A stretch of 64,000 nt of DNA from Octopus vulgaris. Its lineage: Eukaryota. The number at the start of each line of letters is the position of its first letter. Positions within the stretch are counted from its first letter, which is position 1. Made by a program: the position numbers and the translations under genes. A model generated the notes under the pieces. That model made no database searches, had not been told where the DNA came from, and saw only the letters and a list, made by a program, of their open reading frames with translations. The stretch is taken from the NCBI GenBank assembly GCA_951406725.2, contig OX597824.1:8928001-8992000 (forward strand). Reading direction: 5' to 3'. Below are positions 33,787 through 47,420 of the stretch, piece after piece.

Positions 33787-33787
<1 letters not shown>
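33749..33787 (-). mobile_element. 39-bp terminal fragment of the element at 34530-35075, inside (TAA)n
   Basis: GAGTGAGAGAGCAGTGCATGCCATCAAAGTGACACTGGG vs GATTGAGAGGGCAGTGCGCGCCATCAAAGTGATACTGGG. Confidence 0.85.
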
Positions 33788-33845
<58 letters not shown>

Positions 33846-33862
33846 GATTATTATTATTATTA

Positions 33863-34023
33863 TCTTGTTGGTTTGGCTCAGGTCTTATTCCTGGAAGCGT
33901 TTATGTTAGTAGCGGGTTACTAGCACAGGTTTTCAGGTGTCTTTCAAGTGCTTAGAACCCCACTGATAATTCTTGCTGTCCCTAACAGAAAAAAACTTTC
34001 CGTAGGTGCTCTACTGGGCATTC
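33863..34023 (-). mobile_element. 5'-truncated R4/Dong-like non-LTR retrotransposon 3' end (family 1)
   Basis: Minus strand encodes ECPVEHLRK(frameshift)LLGTARIISGVLST-stop (stop at 33946-33944), the typical R4-clade C-terminal LQK..LLGTA.I.R.VL motif, then about 80 nt of UTR and (TAA)n. Confidence 0.75.
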
Positions 34024-34095
<72 letters not shown>

Positions 34096-34111
34096 TATTA
34101 TTATTATTATT

Positions 34112-34442
34112 CAGTAGTTTTATTTTTATAGCGTGCTTTCACTTCACTACCGAGCACAGCTCTGTGTGCCTTGGGTATGTGCTGTGATTTGTTGTGATGC
34201 TCTGATGGTTATTGTATGGAAAGTGTTCTGCGTAGGATGTGTGCAGTGCCTAGTAGTGCAATTTTCTGTATGTTATATGTGTTTGTAAGTCCTGGTGTTT
34301 TTGTTATGTATTTGTCTGAATATTTTTTTATCATGCCTAATGCACCTACTATGATAGGAATTGTTTCTGTTTTCAGATTCCACATTCTAGTTACCTCTAT
34401 TTCCAGGTCTTTGTATTTTGAGAGTTTCTCCATTTCTTTTAG
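34112..34442 (-). mobile_element. 5'-truncated R4/Dong-like non-LTR retrotransposon 3' end (family 2), restriction-like endonuclease C-terminus
   Basis: LKEMEKLSKYKDLEIEVTRMWNLKTETIPIIVGALG...IQKIALLGTAHILRRTLSIQ-stop (34442-34209) contains the K..KY..L and P...GALG RLE motifs; (TAA)n on both sides. Confidence 0.9.
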
Positions 34443-34529
<87 letters not shown>

Positions 34530-35074
34530 GATTGAGAGGGCAGTGCGCGCCATCAAAGTGATACTGGGGTAAAATATACGAAGCCCAATATACCCATCAT
34601 GACTACCCGTCTGATAAGGGTACACCAGGCACATGCATCACAACCATATGTGCGCGACATGGTGATCTCATATCAAGATAAACAGCACATGACCTTGCAG
34701 GTGGGGCCCAGTTAAAAATTTCTTCATGTTGAGTAGCCCATCCCGCTCAAAAGGTCCCTGAATAAGGGTTGTTTAAGGATGTTGAAAGAACCCCCCATGT
34801 TTCCAGAGGTGAATTATTCAAACCCCAAAGAATCCCTCTCAGCACATGGCCATGATGCTCTCCCACTATTTCTGCTCGGGATCAGAGATGCACGTATTGT
34901 CAGCCACTAAGGGACATGCTCAACTGATTAAGGTCAAACAACTGACAAGCAAATCTGTGGTATTGAGCAGAATATTTGCTGTAGGACATCTTTTATACCA
35001 AGACAAAACAATGTACATGATAACACTTCCAATCAGTTAAGATCAGAAGCCATGAGAGCCACTGCCTGGTACTG

Positions 35075-35075
<1 letters not shown>
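34530..35075 (-). mobile_element. Non-coding 546-bp element inserted in (TAA)n; long 3' UTR or non-autonomous TAA-targeting element
   Basis: Unique sequence sharply bounded by (TTA)n on both sides; its terminus is duplicated at 33749-33787; orientation inferred from the truncation pattern. Confidence 0.65.
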
Positions 35076-35161
<86 letters not shown>

Positions 35162-35853
35162 CATCATCATCATCATCATCATTATTATTATCATTATTAT
35201 TGCACAGCACTGTATCTTGTTTAATTTTTTGAAAAGTGGGGAAATTAGCTATGAGGAAATTGCTTTTTGTCTTGAAATGTCAAATTACTTTTGCGGTGGC
35301 GTGAAAAGTTAATCAAACATTTCCTTGTGTTGCAGGGTACAGAACAGGTTAGGAACCACAAATTTAGAGACTATTTTTTTTTATTGGAGTAGTAGAAATT
35401 ATTATTAGACACCTCTGAAAGTTTGCAAAAACGGTGTAGAAATCCGCCGGATAGACTGCATTTGTTCCTAGATTGATTTGTCCACCTGTTTAACACCAGC
35501 ACCTTCAGTGGAATCCAAGTTGTTGCAAGATTTCGAAACAGGATTCCTTATCAGAAGATATCAGACATGATACCACCCTGCAAAAATGGTACTGGCTATG
35601 CCAAAAAATACAGGAAATCAGCACCAGCAACAGCCGTCCAAGAATTTGGACCTGGAAACCTCCATTTCCAGCGACTTCGAGGGCCACCTCCCAGTGGTGT
35701 CAGACGTCAACAAAGAGCCCTCGACTACAACAAGACGACCAAGGGTTATTTTTTCCCAAGGTCTTGGGTCTCCCGCCCCTAAGCCCTAGACCATCACCTA
35801 ATCACACTTACCCGTCTTGTTATTTAACAAGAACAACAACAACAGCACCAGCA

Positions 35854-36226
35854 GTGGAGCCGCAATGACCCAATGGTTAGGGCAGCGGACTCGCGGTCGG
35901 AGGATCGTGGTTTCGATTCCCAGGCCGGGGGTTGTGTGTGTTTATTGAGCGAAAACACCTAAAGCTCCACGAGGCTCCGGCACGGGGTGGTGGCGATCCT
36001 TGTTGTACTCGTTCGCTCCAACTTTATCTTACTCTTTCTTCCTGTTTCTTGTCCCCGACTTCCTACGCAACCACTGAGCCTGTATGCGCATTCATCCATC
36101 CGTCGATGGTCTCGGTGTCGGGAGTCGACCTGCTTTCTCTTCTGCGGGTCTTACGAATAGCAAAGGACCACGTTTCGGACTTCTCCCAGCTTGCGAGATC
36201 TGGGACGAAAACCGTTCGCTCAACAG
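35854..36226 (+). mobile_element. SINE family A, tail variant 3, TSD CAACAACAACAGCACCAGC
   Basis: Colinear with 22892-23230; TSD at 35834-35852 and 36227-36245. Confidence 0.92.
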
Positions 36227-36710
36227 CAACAACAACAGCACCAGCTACAACGATTTCGGTGGTGGCAAGTGGCATTAAAATTACAATAATCATATAGGAA
36301 CGTGAACACGATACCGATGACAAGTTGATGGTTATTTAAGATTGCGTAGCTAGGAGGGAATTATCAAATTAAAGACCATCATTTACGATAATTTGTAGCA
36401 TTGTATTAAATTTACAGAAGATAGTATTAGGAATAATGGTTATATTGAAGTAGTGTAATGAAGTTTACTAACCTCTAGTGCTTATTGTATAATTTCTGCT
36501 AATATAGATGTAGACAATGCTTGGTATTGTTAAATACTTATATATTGGTCATATGATTAGAGGGAAGATACATAACAGAGACAAACGCACCTGCACACGT
36601 AAGCATGTAAGCGCGCACAAGCAAATACTTACAATAGAAATACAAATATAGACAGACAAGCACATATATACACACATGTATGTATGTATATGTATGTATG
36701 TATGTATGTA

Positions 36711-36923
36711 CTCTCTTTTACTCTCTTTTACTTGTTTCAGTCATTTGACTGCGGCCATGCTGGAGCACCGCTTTTAGTCGAGCAACTCGACCCCGGGACT
36801 TATTATTTTTTGTAAGCCCAGTACTTATTCTATCGGTCTCTCTTTTGCCGAACCGCTAGGTGACGGGGACATAAACACACCAGCATCGGTTGTCAAGCAA
36901 TGCTAGGGGGACAAACACACACA

Positions 36924-36925
<2 letters not shown>
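36711..36925 (-). mobile_element. SINE family C 3' half
   Basis: Reverse complement of about 37190-37363 and 63845-64000. Confidence 0.9.
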
Positions 36926-36980
<55 letters not shown>

Positions 36981-37363
36981 GTAGGAGTAGCTGTGTGGTA
37001 AGAAGCTTGCTTACCAGCCACATGGTTGCGGGTTCAGTCCCACAGCGTGCCACCTTCGGCAAGTCTTCTTCACTATAGCCTCGGCCAACCAGGGTCTTGT
37101 GAGTGAATTTGGTAGACGGAAACTGAAAGAAGCCCGTCGTATATATATATATGTGTGTGTGTGTGTGTATGTGTTTGATTCTGTCTGTGTTTGTTCTCCC
37201 GCCATCACTTGACAATCGATGTTGTTGCGTTTACGGCAAAAGAGACCGATTGAATAAGTACTAGGCTTACAAAGAATAAGTCCTGGGGTCGATTTGTTCG
37301 ACTAAAGGCGGTGCTCCAGCATGGCTGCTCTCAAATGACCGAAACAAGTAAAAGAATAAAAGA
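36981..37363 (+). mobile_element. SINE family C, full length, with internal (TA)/(TG) microsatellite
   Basis: GTAGGAGTAGCTGTGTGGTAAG...GGGTTCAGTCCC (A/B boxes), CCTTCGGCAAGTCTT (CORE/V-like motif), end GAAACAAGTAAAAGAATAAAAG. Confidence 0.92.
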
Positions 37364-38225
37364 ATATATATATAGGCATTCATTCACATACACAGTTGCA
37401 AACTTACACAGACTTACATATATGTGCACACATACAAGAACACAGGCAGGCAAGTACAGCTTGGCATACGCATGCATAGACACACATTTAAATACTGACA
37501 TACAAACAAGTACAAGCACACACACACGCGCATACTAACAAGTACATGCACACACATGCATACACATATCTACAAATACATCCGCACATCCGCTTAGGCT
37601 CACACTTGCGTATACACAGATACAAGCATATACAGGCTTATGCACACGTACACGCATACATCCATGCATTAAGCACATACACATAGGCACACCATATATA
37701 AGCACATAGTTAGACACACAAATACACTTAGGCACACATATGCATACACACAGATACAAAACGCAGACATACACAAACATGTGTACGCACACGTGTACAC
37801 ACACACAATCACATACTCCTAAGAACATGCATACATACAGTTACAAACGTTCTGAGCAATACAGAGACATACACATATATATGTACGCCAAAAAAACCTC
37901 ATATATATCCTCAACATACACATACCCATCTCTAATTAGTCTAGCCAATTAAACACTCGAAAATGTAAAATGAAAAACAAAAAAAATATATTCTTTCTAA
38001 TTTAGAAACCAATCCAGTAATTTTGAGGACGGAGCTTAATCGATTATATTGGCACCAAGTGCTTGATTAGCGGCATTGTTAATCTTGCCAGGATTTGAAC
38101 TCAGAATGAATCTAGGGAAGCGGTTTTAGTACCAGCAGCTTATTGCTCTAACGAGTATCTTTTCTCTAAATAACAGTCAATAAACCGTACACAGTCCTTC
38201 AGGAAATTCTTCATTATATTTTCTA

Positions 38226-38540
38226 ATTTCTTTACTACCCACAAGGGGCTAAACAAAGTCGACCTTGGCGGAATTTGAACTCAGAACGTGACGGCAGACG
38301 AAATACCTATTTCTTTACTACCCACAAAGGGGCTAAACACAGAAAGGACAAACAAGGACAGACAAAAGGATTAAGTCGATTACATGGACCCCAGTGCGTA
38401 ATTGGTACTTAATTTATCGATCCAGAAAGGATGAAAGGCAAAGTCGACCTCGGCGGAATTTGAACTCAGAACGCAACGGCAGACGAAATACGGCTACGCA
38501 TTTCGCCCGGCGGCTAACGGTTCTGCCAGCTCGCCGCCTT
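38226..38540 (-). mobile_element. SINE family B with a partial second unit and TSD TTCTTCATT(A/T)TATTTTCTA
   Basis: Junction GCAGACGAAATAC|CTATTTCTTTAC at about 38305; direct repeats at about 38207 and 38539. Confidence 0.9.
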
Positions 38541-39293
38541 CTTCATTTTATTTTCTACTCGTCATTAATACAGAAAGGATGTATTTACATTGTTATTATT
38601 TCCTAGTGTCTCTGAGGAGCGATCAATAAATGACAAATCGGTCTGTCAGGACACTCTCCTCTTTCTCTCGCTCTCTTTGTTGAGAGTGGAGCCCCAGCAT
38701 GGCCGCGGTCCATTGACTGCGACACGTAAAAGTAAAATAAATATTTCTGATTCAGAAATAAAACCGGGTACTTTGAGGGGGTGGTCGGGTGTTAGTCGAT
38801 CACATCGACGTCAGCACTTGACTCGTACTTTATTGTACCGACACCGGAAGTAGAGGGAAGACAAACGTGGCTACCACAGAATTGGAACCGAAAACGTAAT
38901 GAGAACCGAGCAAATTCACGAGGCATTTTTACTCGACTTTATAACGATTTTAACAATTAAACAACCAGAAATGAAAAACAATAAATAAATGAATAAAAAT
39001 ATATAAAAGCAAAGTCATAAATTATGATATTGGTTCAATTTTCAAACGGTCTTTGTTTACGTCTCACATGATTGGAGGATAAATATTAGATGATATTGAC
39101 ATAAGTCTGTGTAAAGAAACGAAACACACCAAAAACACAATACAAAGACACGAAACAAAAAAAAAAAACACAAAACAAAAAACAAAAAAACAATGCAAAA
39201 CACTAAAGACAAAATAGTAATATGACGAGTTTTATATAAAATAATAATAATAATAATAACAACAACAAAAAAAATGGAATTACAATAATGGCT

Positions 39294-39369
<76 letters not shown>

Positions 39370-39376
39370 TATTAAC

Positions 39377-39441
<65 letters not shown>

Positions 39442-39699
39442 TGATAATGATAATAGTAATATTTGTGTGTGTGGGCGTATGTATGCTTGCGTATATATAA
39501 ATGAATATAACGTCAGGAAGTTAATGCATCCATTTTTGAGTAAATATATAAAAAGCACTAATAAAAAAAAACAGAATAAGAGAAACGCCATGGGAAAAGG
39601 TATAAATGTTTTATTTTTATTGTCCACCGAAAAGTATAGACGAATAGTATTTATGAGTCGTTCAGTCGTCGACAATGCATATATATATATATTTTTATG

Positions 39700-39761
<62 letters not shown>

Positions 39762-40624
39762 TACATACATACATATATATATATATATATGTATCTATAT
39801 ATACATATATGTATATGTATGCGTGTATTTATGTATGTATGCATCTATATATACACATATCTATATGTATATATTTATGTATATATATGCATGCATTATG
39901 TATGTATTTATGTATGTATTTGTACAGAGACACGGACATATACTAGTGGACACAAACGTACGTCATACATTTATATAGTTAAACATGTGTTTATGTATAT
40001 GTATATATGTTATTTGTGTAGCTTTTAGCTGTGTTTTTTTACTTGTCTCAATCATTTCTCTGTGACCAGGCTGGAGCACTGCCTAGAAGGACGTTCGTCG
40101 AACAAATGGATACCGGGACGTATTTTAAAGTCAGGTACTTATTCTACCGGTCTTTTTTTTCTTTTGCCGAACCATTAGTCTACAGGGATATAAACAAACC
40201 AACATGGGTGATATAGCGGTTGTGGGAGAAAACCACTTGCTTTAAGACATCCCTCCCCAACACATATATAGTTTAAATGTGGAGAAAACAAAAGACTAAG
40301 ACAGGTGAGGCAACTACAAGCAGGTGTTTGAGTTTGACGATATATACGACGTCTACCTAATCTACCCACAAGGTTTTGCTCGATCAGGGTTTATAGCAGA
40401 GAAGATCGAAGGTGCCCCTCAGTATGGTTAAACTCGGAATTAGGTGGTTGGAATGCAAGTGTCTTACCACACAGCTACGCTTACGTCCATATCAGTTAAT
40501 GCTTTTTTAAATTTTTCTACCTGGTGGGTCTGGTGAATATTGTAGTGCCATGGTATTCACAGACCCTTGTCGACCAGTAAGTCTAATGCCATTGGCGTTT
40601 CTCAGGAAGATTTGACAATCAAGA

Positions 40625-41020
40625 GCTACAGGAAAGCTGATTACAGGGAAAGAATTCTAGGGAACACACCGCGAAGGCAAACAGTGACAACCGCAGGGCA
40701 TGGTTTGGTGTTGGTGTCAGCAGGGATAAAGACGGGAGGAATTGTGACTTTATCTGAAAATGACTGTGAGCCCAGGTAGCTTGGAGAAATACAGATGATC
40801 ATTAAAATAATGGTAGAAAAGGCAGCGAAAGAAGGGAAACAGCGTGTCTATGATCCACTGACAGAAGCCTGTTTACGAGTGATATAATGACCATCAGCCG
40901 GAAGTTCCTTTGTGTTCAAGTTTTTGGATGTGGTCAAGGGCATCTGGTCTAATATAGTACAACAATAGCGGTGTGTTCCCTAGAATTTTTCCCTGTTCAT
41001 GTAATCAGCTTTCCTGTAGC
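40625..41020. repeat. Inverted repeat pair of about 50 bp around a spacer of about 295 bp; probable degraded fold-back element
   Basis: GCTACAGGAAAGCTGATTACAGGGAAAGAATTCTAGGGAACACACCGC (40625-40672) vs GCGGTGTGTTCCCTAGAATTTTTCCCTGTTCATGTAATCAGCTTTCCTGTAGC (40967-41020). Confidence 0.8.
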
Positions 41021-41671
41021 CTGAAAGCAATAACACTTTGTGGGCCACACCCGAATATTAATATTTGTTAGGTGGGTTCGAAGCCATCAAGTAAAGGATC
41101 ATTCATTGCGTCTTATTTAGAGAGTGTTTTGCCAGAAGAATCGCTCGGTGGGGCTGAGGCCCAACATTAGTGAGGGTTCTAGGTGTGTGTTGCACAGGAT
41201 CATGGTGTATACGGCTTTCTTGGTATCAGTAGTGATTATTACTAACGTTGGTGAATGCGACAACATTGTCACGTTCACCATTGAAGTCTCACTTTACAGA
41301 ATAAGACTGGCTTGGTGTGTCAGTGGTGAGTAGATAAAGCATAACTAGGAAGAAGCTATGGAAAAATAAACAATAGTTGTCTTCGTATACATGAAGAAAG
41401 AGAGAGAGAGGGAAGCACAGTCAGATTCAGAGACAGATAGACAGAGAGAGGTGGTGGGAAAGATAGAACGTCGCTGGCGTTGAGTGGATTCATGCGTTAT
41501 GTTTCTGTACAGAAATCTGTTTGTAGGAAAGCGACTAACTTGAGATGTAGAGACAAGACAGTCAAATAGTAAATATTAATATACGAAAATATGTCGTGGA
41601 AATCAATAGAGGTTATCCAGTTCGACTGTATTTTTTTGCATTAAAAATACGCCAATTTTACACACATCCTG

Positions 41672-41717
<46 letters not shown>

Positions 41718-41823
41718 GATAAATTTCAGGGTAGTAAAATATTATTTAGAATTTTTTTTTTACAACAGTAGCCTAGCATGTAGAAAAACTAGTCAATCGA
41801 CTACATATTATTCATTATATATA

Positions 41824-42088
41824 CAGTGTACATTTAAGCACATAAGAGATGGCCATAATCGGACATCTAACCCGCTAGAAGGAGTAGTTCAAATCCAAAC
41901 CACGATTTGAGGTAATTTCGAAAGAGAATGAAAAATGTAAAATAAAAACAGTTACCATGTATTATCTACAAGGGAAATGCTTTTATTTTTCATTCCCTTT
42001 CGAAATTACCCCTAATTGTGGTTTGGATTTTAACTATTTCTTCTAGCGGGTTAGATATCCGATTATGGTCATCTGGTTTAAATGTATA

Positions 42089-42091
<3 letters not shown>
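41824..42091. mobile_element. MITE-like fold-back element with TA-CAGT...ACTG-TA ends (Tc1/mariner-type)
   Basis: Imperfect inverted arms of about 110 bp (41824-41936 and 41985-42091) with a short spacer. Confidence 0.75.
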
Positions 42092-42127
<36 letters not shown>

Positions 42128-42130
<3 letters not shown>

Positions 42131-42613
42131 TAATAGAATGAGATAAAAATCCAAGGCTGTAAAAAACTTCAGAACCTTTATAAAGAGGTCTTACAGTTGT
42201 TTCCGGGATATTTTATATATCCCTTCATCGGAGACGGTGTGAGAAGATGGTTAAGCAATAGATATTCTAGATAAGATATGAAATAGAGAGTGAAGTGAGA
42301 TATGCAGGGATATTGTGTCTGCAGCTCCATTATTTAGGCAGAATGGTATACATATAAGATTCTTAAAATTCCTGTACCTTGTGAGTAAGTTCCAATAATA
42401 TTTAAAATTGGTCATTCCAAGCATAGAGTTAGTAAATGGTGTTATTTAATCGAAGGTCTTTTTTTTATCTAGATTAACTATTTCTTAACCTTTTTCTCAC
42501 ACCGTCTCAGATGAAGGGATTTACAAAATATCCCGGAAACAGCTGTAAGACCTTCTATTTATAAATGTCCTGAAACCTTTCACAGCCTTGGATTTTTATT
42601 TCATTCTGTTATT
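42128..42613. mobile_element. Fold-back element with a hammerhead motif in each arm of about 135 bp (Penelope-like inverted pseudo-LTRs)
   Basis: Plus 42504-42551 GTCT CAGATGA AGGGAT..ATCCCG GAAA CAGCTG TA AGAC; minus 42235-42188 GTCT CCGATGA AGGGAT..ATCCCG GAAA CAACTG TA AGAC. Confidence 0.8.
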
Positions 42614-42762
42614 TTTTTATATATCTGCATGCTGATATATGACCTACGTTGGACTCCTCATTCTCAAAATTACCGAACCTGGAGCCTAACTATAGTCTGT
42701 CCATAGCACTTACTCAGCATTACCTGAGACCTTTGGGTCTTCTTGACACCATTACCTCTCAT

Positions 42763-42811
<49 letters not shown>

Positions 42812-44764
42812 GCACCTACATATATATTCATGTATATTTCTGTGTTTGTGTGTTTTTGTAAAGCCATAAACTACAAGCAAACCTCGAAATTTGATGTCAA
42901 GAATATCATTATTATATTACTATAAGTTTAATTCATCACACATGGTCGTATGTTTCGTTCTACGCGAACATTTCCAAATGCATGCGATATTAACTCAATT
43001 GATAGAATTCTTAGCAAACATTTGGACCACAAGCATACACACATACACACCCACACTGAGCACACTCTCGTGCACACATTCTAACGCACACACACACACA
43101 CACACACATAAACTTTGATACGCTCATACATATATAGTCGTGATATGTGGATGGCTGTATTTATAACTGTATTCTTCACGATGGAAACAGAATGAAATAA
43201 TGCTTTGTTTAGAGGAAATATAATTATATTGGAATATATTTAAATAACTTACATCGCAAATTACAGAAACAACGTTATCATTATAGAATAGTTTAAAATA
43301 TCAGAGAAATTAGATCTTTGCTGTCATCGATAACTTAATTTGTTGAGCCTTCGATATTTTTCTCAGATCAACATGCTTACATTTCCTATAACCACGTCAG
43401 CGTTCTATTTACACGTCAATATTCATTCCGGAATTCATTTATAAATGCCACTGTGCAAATCGATCTTATTACTTGTAATGAAATAGTTATCTGAATCAAT
43501 AAAAGAGAAAACTGAATTATAATCATTTCGTGTTAACGTTAAGAGAACAATTTTGAATTCTCCTCAGAATTAATTCTATGTTGCTACATTGTTCATTCCA
43601 CACCCTTTGGCATTGCAATTAAGAATACGTTTCGGAGAAATCTGTAATGCAATAATGTAAAGGGATACGTTTGCTTTGCTGCAAATGTGACTCCATCTGG
43701 AGTAACTAAAAGTCTTTATGATCAAATTTAATCATGTACTACTAACTTCTGGAATTATCAGTCGGCCATTGTAATGAAATAGATGCCATTTTCTCGAATT
43801 TTACATAAATTGCGGCATCAGTATAGAATCACACATTTAACTCTTATATTTGTAATGTTCTGCTCTCTGAACAATTTCTTTGATCATTATTCAAAGACGT
43901 AACGATGAGATTGAGGAATGCAATTATGCAGATTGGATTTAATTGGCACACAGGAATCTTCGTATAGGAAAAGAAAAAAAGGTAACATAGAAGCGAAAGA
44001 CCTTATTACACATTGAGTTAATATAAGTATTACGGATCTTCTTGTGACGTATAATTAATAGCGAATTCAATAATCCTGGGACATGACATGAATCTGGTAA
44101 ATTCTGTTGAGGAAGTGATTTCAAATGATTAAAGATGTTGAGTTTAAGAGCAGAAACGGATTCTTATCATCGTTAAACCGAAGTGAATTTGATCCATATA
44201 AAAATATAAGTGTGGTGCTGTTAAATCTAATCGTTGTTTAAATCCAAGTTCAACGATGCTCAGACAAATCTTACCAGGACGAAGGGATTAAACAACAATA
44301 CGAAACACAAAATCTTGTCATGCAACAAATTTAACGGTAGTCTTTGATAGCGGAAAGATATACACAAATTACGTAACGCTTTAAAATGGAATTCTTACGC
44401 ACGCAATGTAGTCTGTTCAGGGCCAATTCCAGCAGAGAAGGAAGGAATCTTGCAGCTGGCGCCCGTTTAATCCAGCACAAGCTAATACCAGATTCTCCAA
44501 TTACTAACCTTGTCCAGTGACAAAGATTTGAAGAGCTAAAAGGGAATGTAGACAAATATATGAATGACGGACGCACTACTTCTGAGACAACGTAAGGCAT
44601 ATGTCGAGGAGGAAATTTTCTTCATCAGCATTTTGTCAGATATTACCTTGTAAACTGTTTTTAACATTTTCTTATTATTATCAAAGAATGTATATATATA
44701 TTTTAATACTTTTGTGATAACCAGTACTTAACACAACAAAGCTTATACAAAAGCTTTACATTTT

Positions 44765-44807
44765 ACTTTTGACAATCTTTTTTCTAAAAAAGTGAAACCG
44801 GTCAAGT
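44765..44807 (+). ncRNA. Degenerate minimal hammerhead ribozyme motif
   Basis: ACTT TTGACAA T CTTTTT-TCT-AAAAAAG T GAAA CCGG TC AAGT followed by AATAAA; stems I and II intact, two substitutions in the CUGANGA core. Confidence 0.5.
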
Positions 44808-45029
44808 GAATAAACATCTTTAAAATTGCATTTTCAAACCTTCTTTCATATATATTTCCACTCGTGCGGTACCTTACAACATCACATTGTAACATATATA
44901 TATATATAGATCTACGTATGAAATTTTTGTTGAAATTTTTCTTGAGAACACACTCTTCATGGTAATGGCGATTTGACGTCTATCATATTTGGTGTCCACT
45001 TTAGTGGTCATTCCTCTTAATTTTGTATG

Positions 45030-45100
<71 letters not shown>

Positions 45101-45193
45101 ATATACACGTATACATACATATTATGTATATATATCCAAACGCCATTATATCGACAGGCTGTTTGACTTTATCACTCTCGGTATATGTCCTGA

Positions 45194-45441
45194 GACTGTC
45201 CTCAAATTGACACATAAACTCTCTGAAATGTTCGTATTGAATCTTCCGGCGCTAATGCCAAGCAGTACAGCATGGCGTTTCCAAATTTCTGGCAGAGTGA
45301 ATTGTGTGATGCCGCTGCTTTTTTCACAGATGGTGCCTAACTGACCTCACTATAATATGTTGTCGGCAAAATCAAACACCAAAAGTGCACATGCACGAAA
45401 TTAGAAATATAAAAAGGCGACATTTTACCCATTCCATCCTG
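45194..45441 (-). mobile_element. Tc1/mariner-superfamily transposon left end with N-terminal HTH remnant
   Basis: TA|CAGGATGGAATGGGTAAAATGTCGCC TIR-like end; 45310-45194 translates ITQFTLPEIWKRHAVLLGISAGRFNTNISESLCVNLRTV (transposase HTH-like, start codon lost). Confidence 0.7.
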
Positions 45442-45467
45442 TATATATGTATGTACGTATGAAAGTA

Positions 45468-45853
<386 letters not shown>

Positions 45854-45890
45854 GAAGCAGAGTTAGTCACATAGTTAGGTGTAGACGTAC

Positions 45891-45931
<41 letters not shown>

Positions 45932-46196
45932 ATTTATATGTATTAAAGAAAGACCAACCATATTATGTTAGTGAGAAGCAATTATTGAATAATAAATGGC
46001 TTGCGAATGAAATTGCATTGTATGACTGCAAAATAGCCAAAGTATTAATGGAAGGAAAATACTGGAATGTATCTGTATTACACTTCGCCATGATGTGTGT
46101 GAGTATGTGTGCACCTGTTTTAATTAAACGGTGCATATAAACATACGCACACATGTACGAACGTATGTGCATGTGTGTATGTATATGCATGTGTAT

Positions 46197-46233
<37 letters not shown>

Positions 46234-46275
46234 TATGTGTGTGTGTACGTATATACATGTATACACATATGCACT

Positions 46276-46315
<40 letters not shown>

Positions 46316-46479
46316 GATATGTACAAATGTATGTGAATCTATTTCTACACACATACACACACGCACACACATACACATACGCATATATGAATGTTGGATA
46401 TATGAGTCTGTTTGTATATTTGTTCATATATGCATAAATATACACCTATACGTATATATGTACATATATAAATACACAC

Positions 46480-46538
<59 letters not shown>

Positions 46539-46619
46539 ACATATACATACATACATAATAATATAAATAAATATATAATAATAATATATATATATATATA
46601 TGAACATATATATATATAC

Positions 46620-46657
<38 letters not shown>

Positions 46658-47119
46658 GTACATACATATATATATATATATATATACATACATTTATATT
46701 ATAAAAAGACATACGTATATGCAAACACGCCCACATGTTCAAACGTATGACCAACAACTAGGAATGGAGAGGGGAGAAAGAGAGAGAGAGAGAGAGAGAG
46801 GGGGAGAGAGGGAGAGAGGGAGAGAGAGAGAGAAAAGGAAAGGCAAGAGGAAATGAGAAAGTGAACAAGCAGCGGAACAAATAAATTACTTAGCAGTGAA
46901 AGAATAACAATCGTCCTTGCCCACAGAAATGCATCATTTATCAGAGTGCGGACACCATCTAAAGTATTGAATCGTTTGCACCTAAATACAGCAACAGACA
47001 TGAACCGATATAGATTATCGGCGAAATATGATTTCCCTCTACAGTCGCTTTGGTCTCCATATTTGAAATACCGAATCAATTAACCAAGCAATCCTAAATA
47101 TATTAATGGAAACACATAC

Positions 47120-47222
<103 letters not shown>

Positions 47223-47380
47223 CGTGTATTTATGCATATATATATTCGTACTGCAATGTAATTCGTGTTTCATATAAGTGATTGCATATTTGAAACCAAA
47301 GTCGCATACGAATGCACAGGCGTACGTATGGAATCATTGATGTGCGTATAATTAAATGTGTAGACCGGTGCGTACATATA

Positions 47381-47420
<40 letters not shown>

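Noticed and set aside
33687-35200. Repeat-spacer alternation resembling a CRISPR array
   Set aside because: Repeats are variable-length TAA microsatellites, spacers are retroelement ends, the DNA is eukaryotic and no cas genes are present.
35505-35790. GC-richer segment with short ORFs in several frames
   Set aside because: No recognisable motif or convincing splice-site pair; left unclassified.
40870-40900. Minus-strand CTGATGG...GTAAAC hammerhead-like motif within the 40.6-41.0 kb inverted repeat
   Set aside because: Both core halves deviate from consensus.
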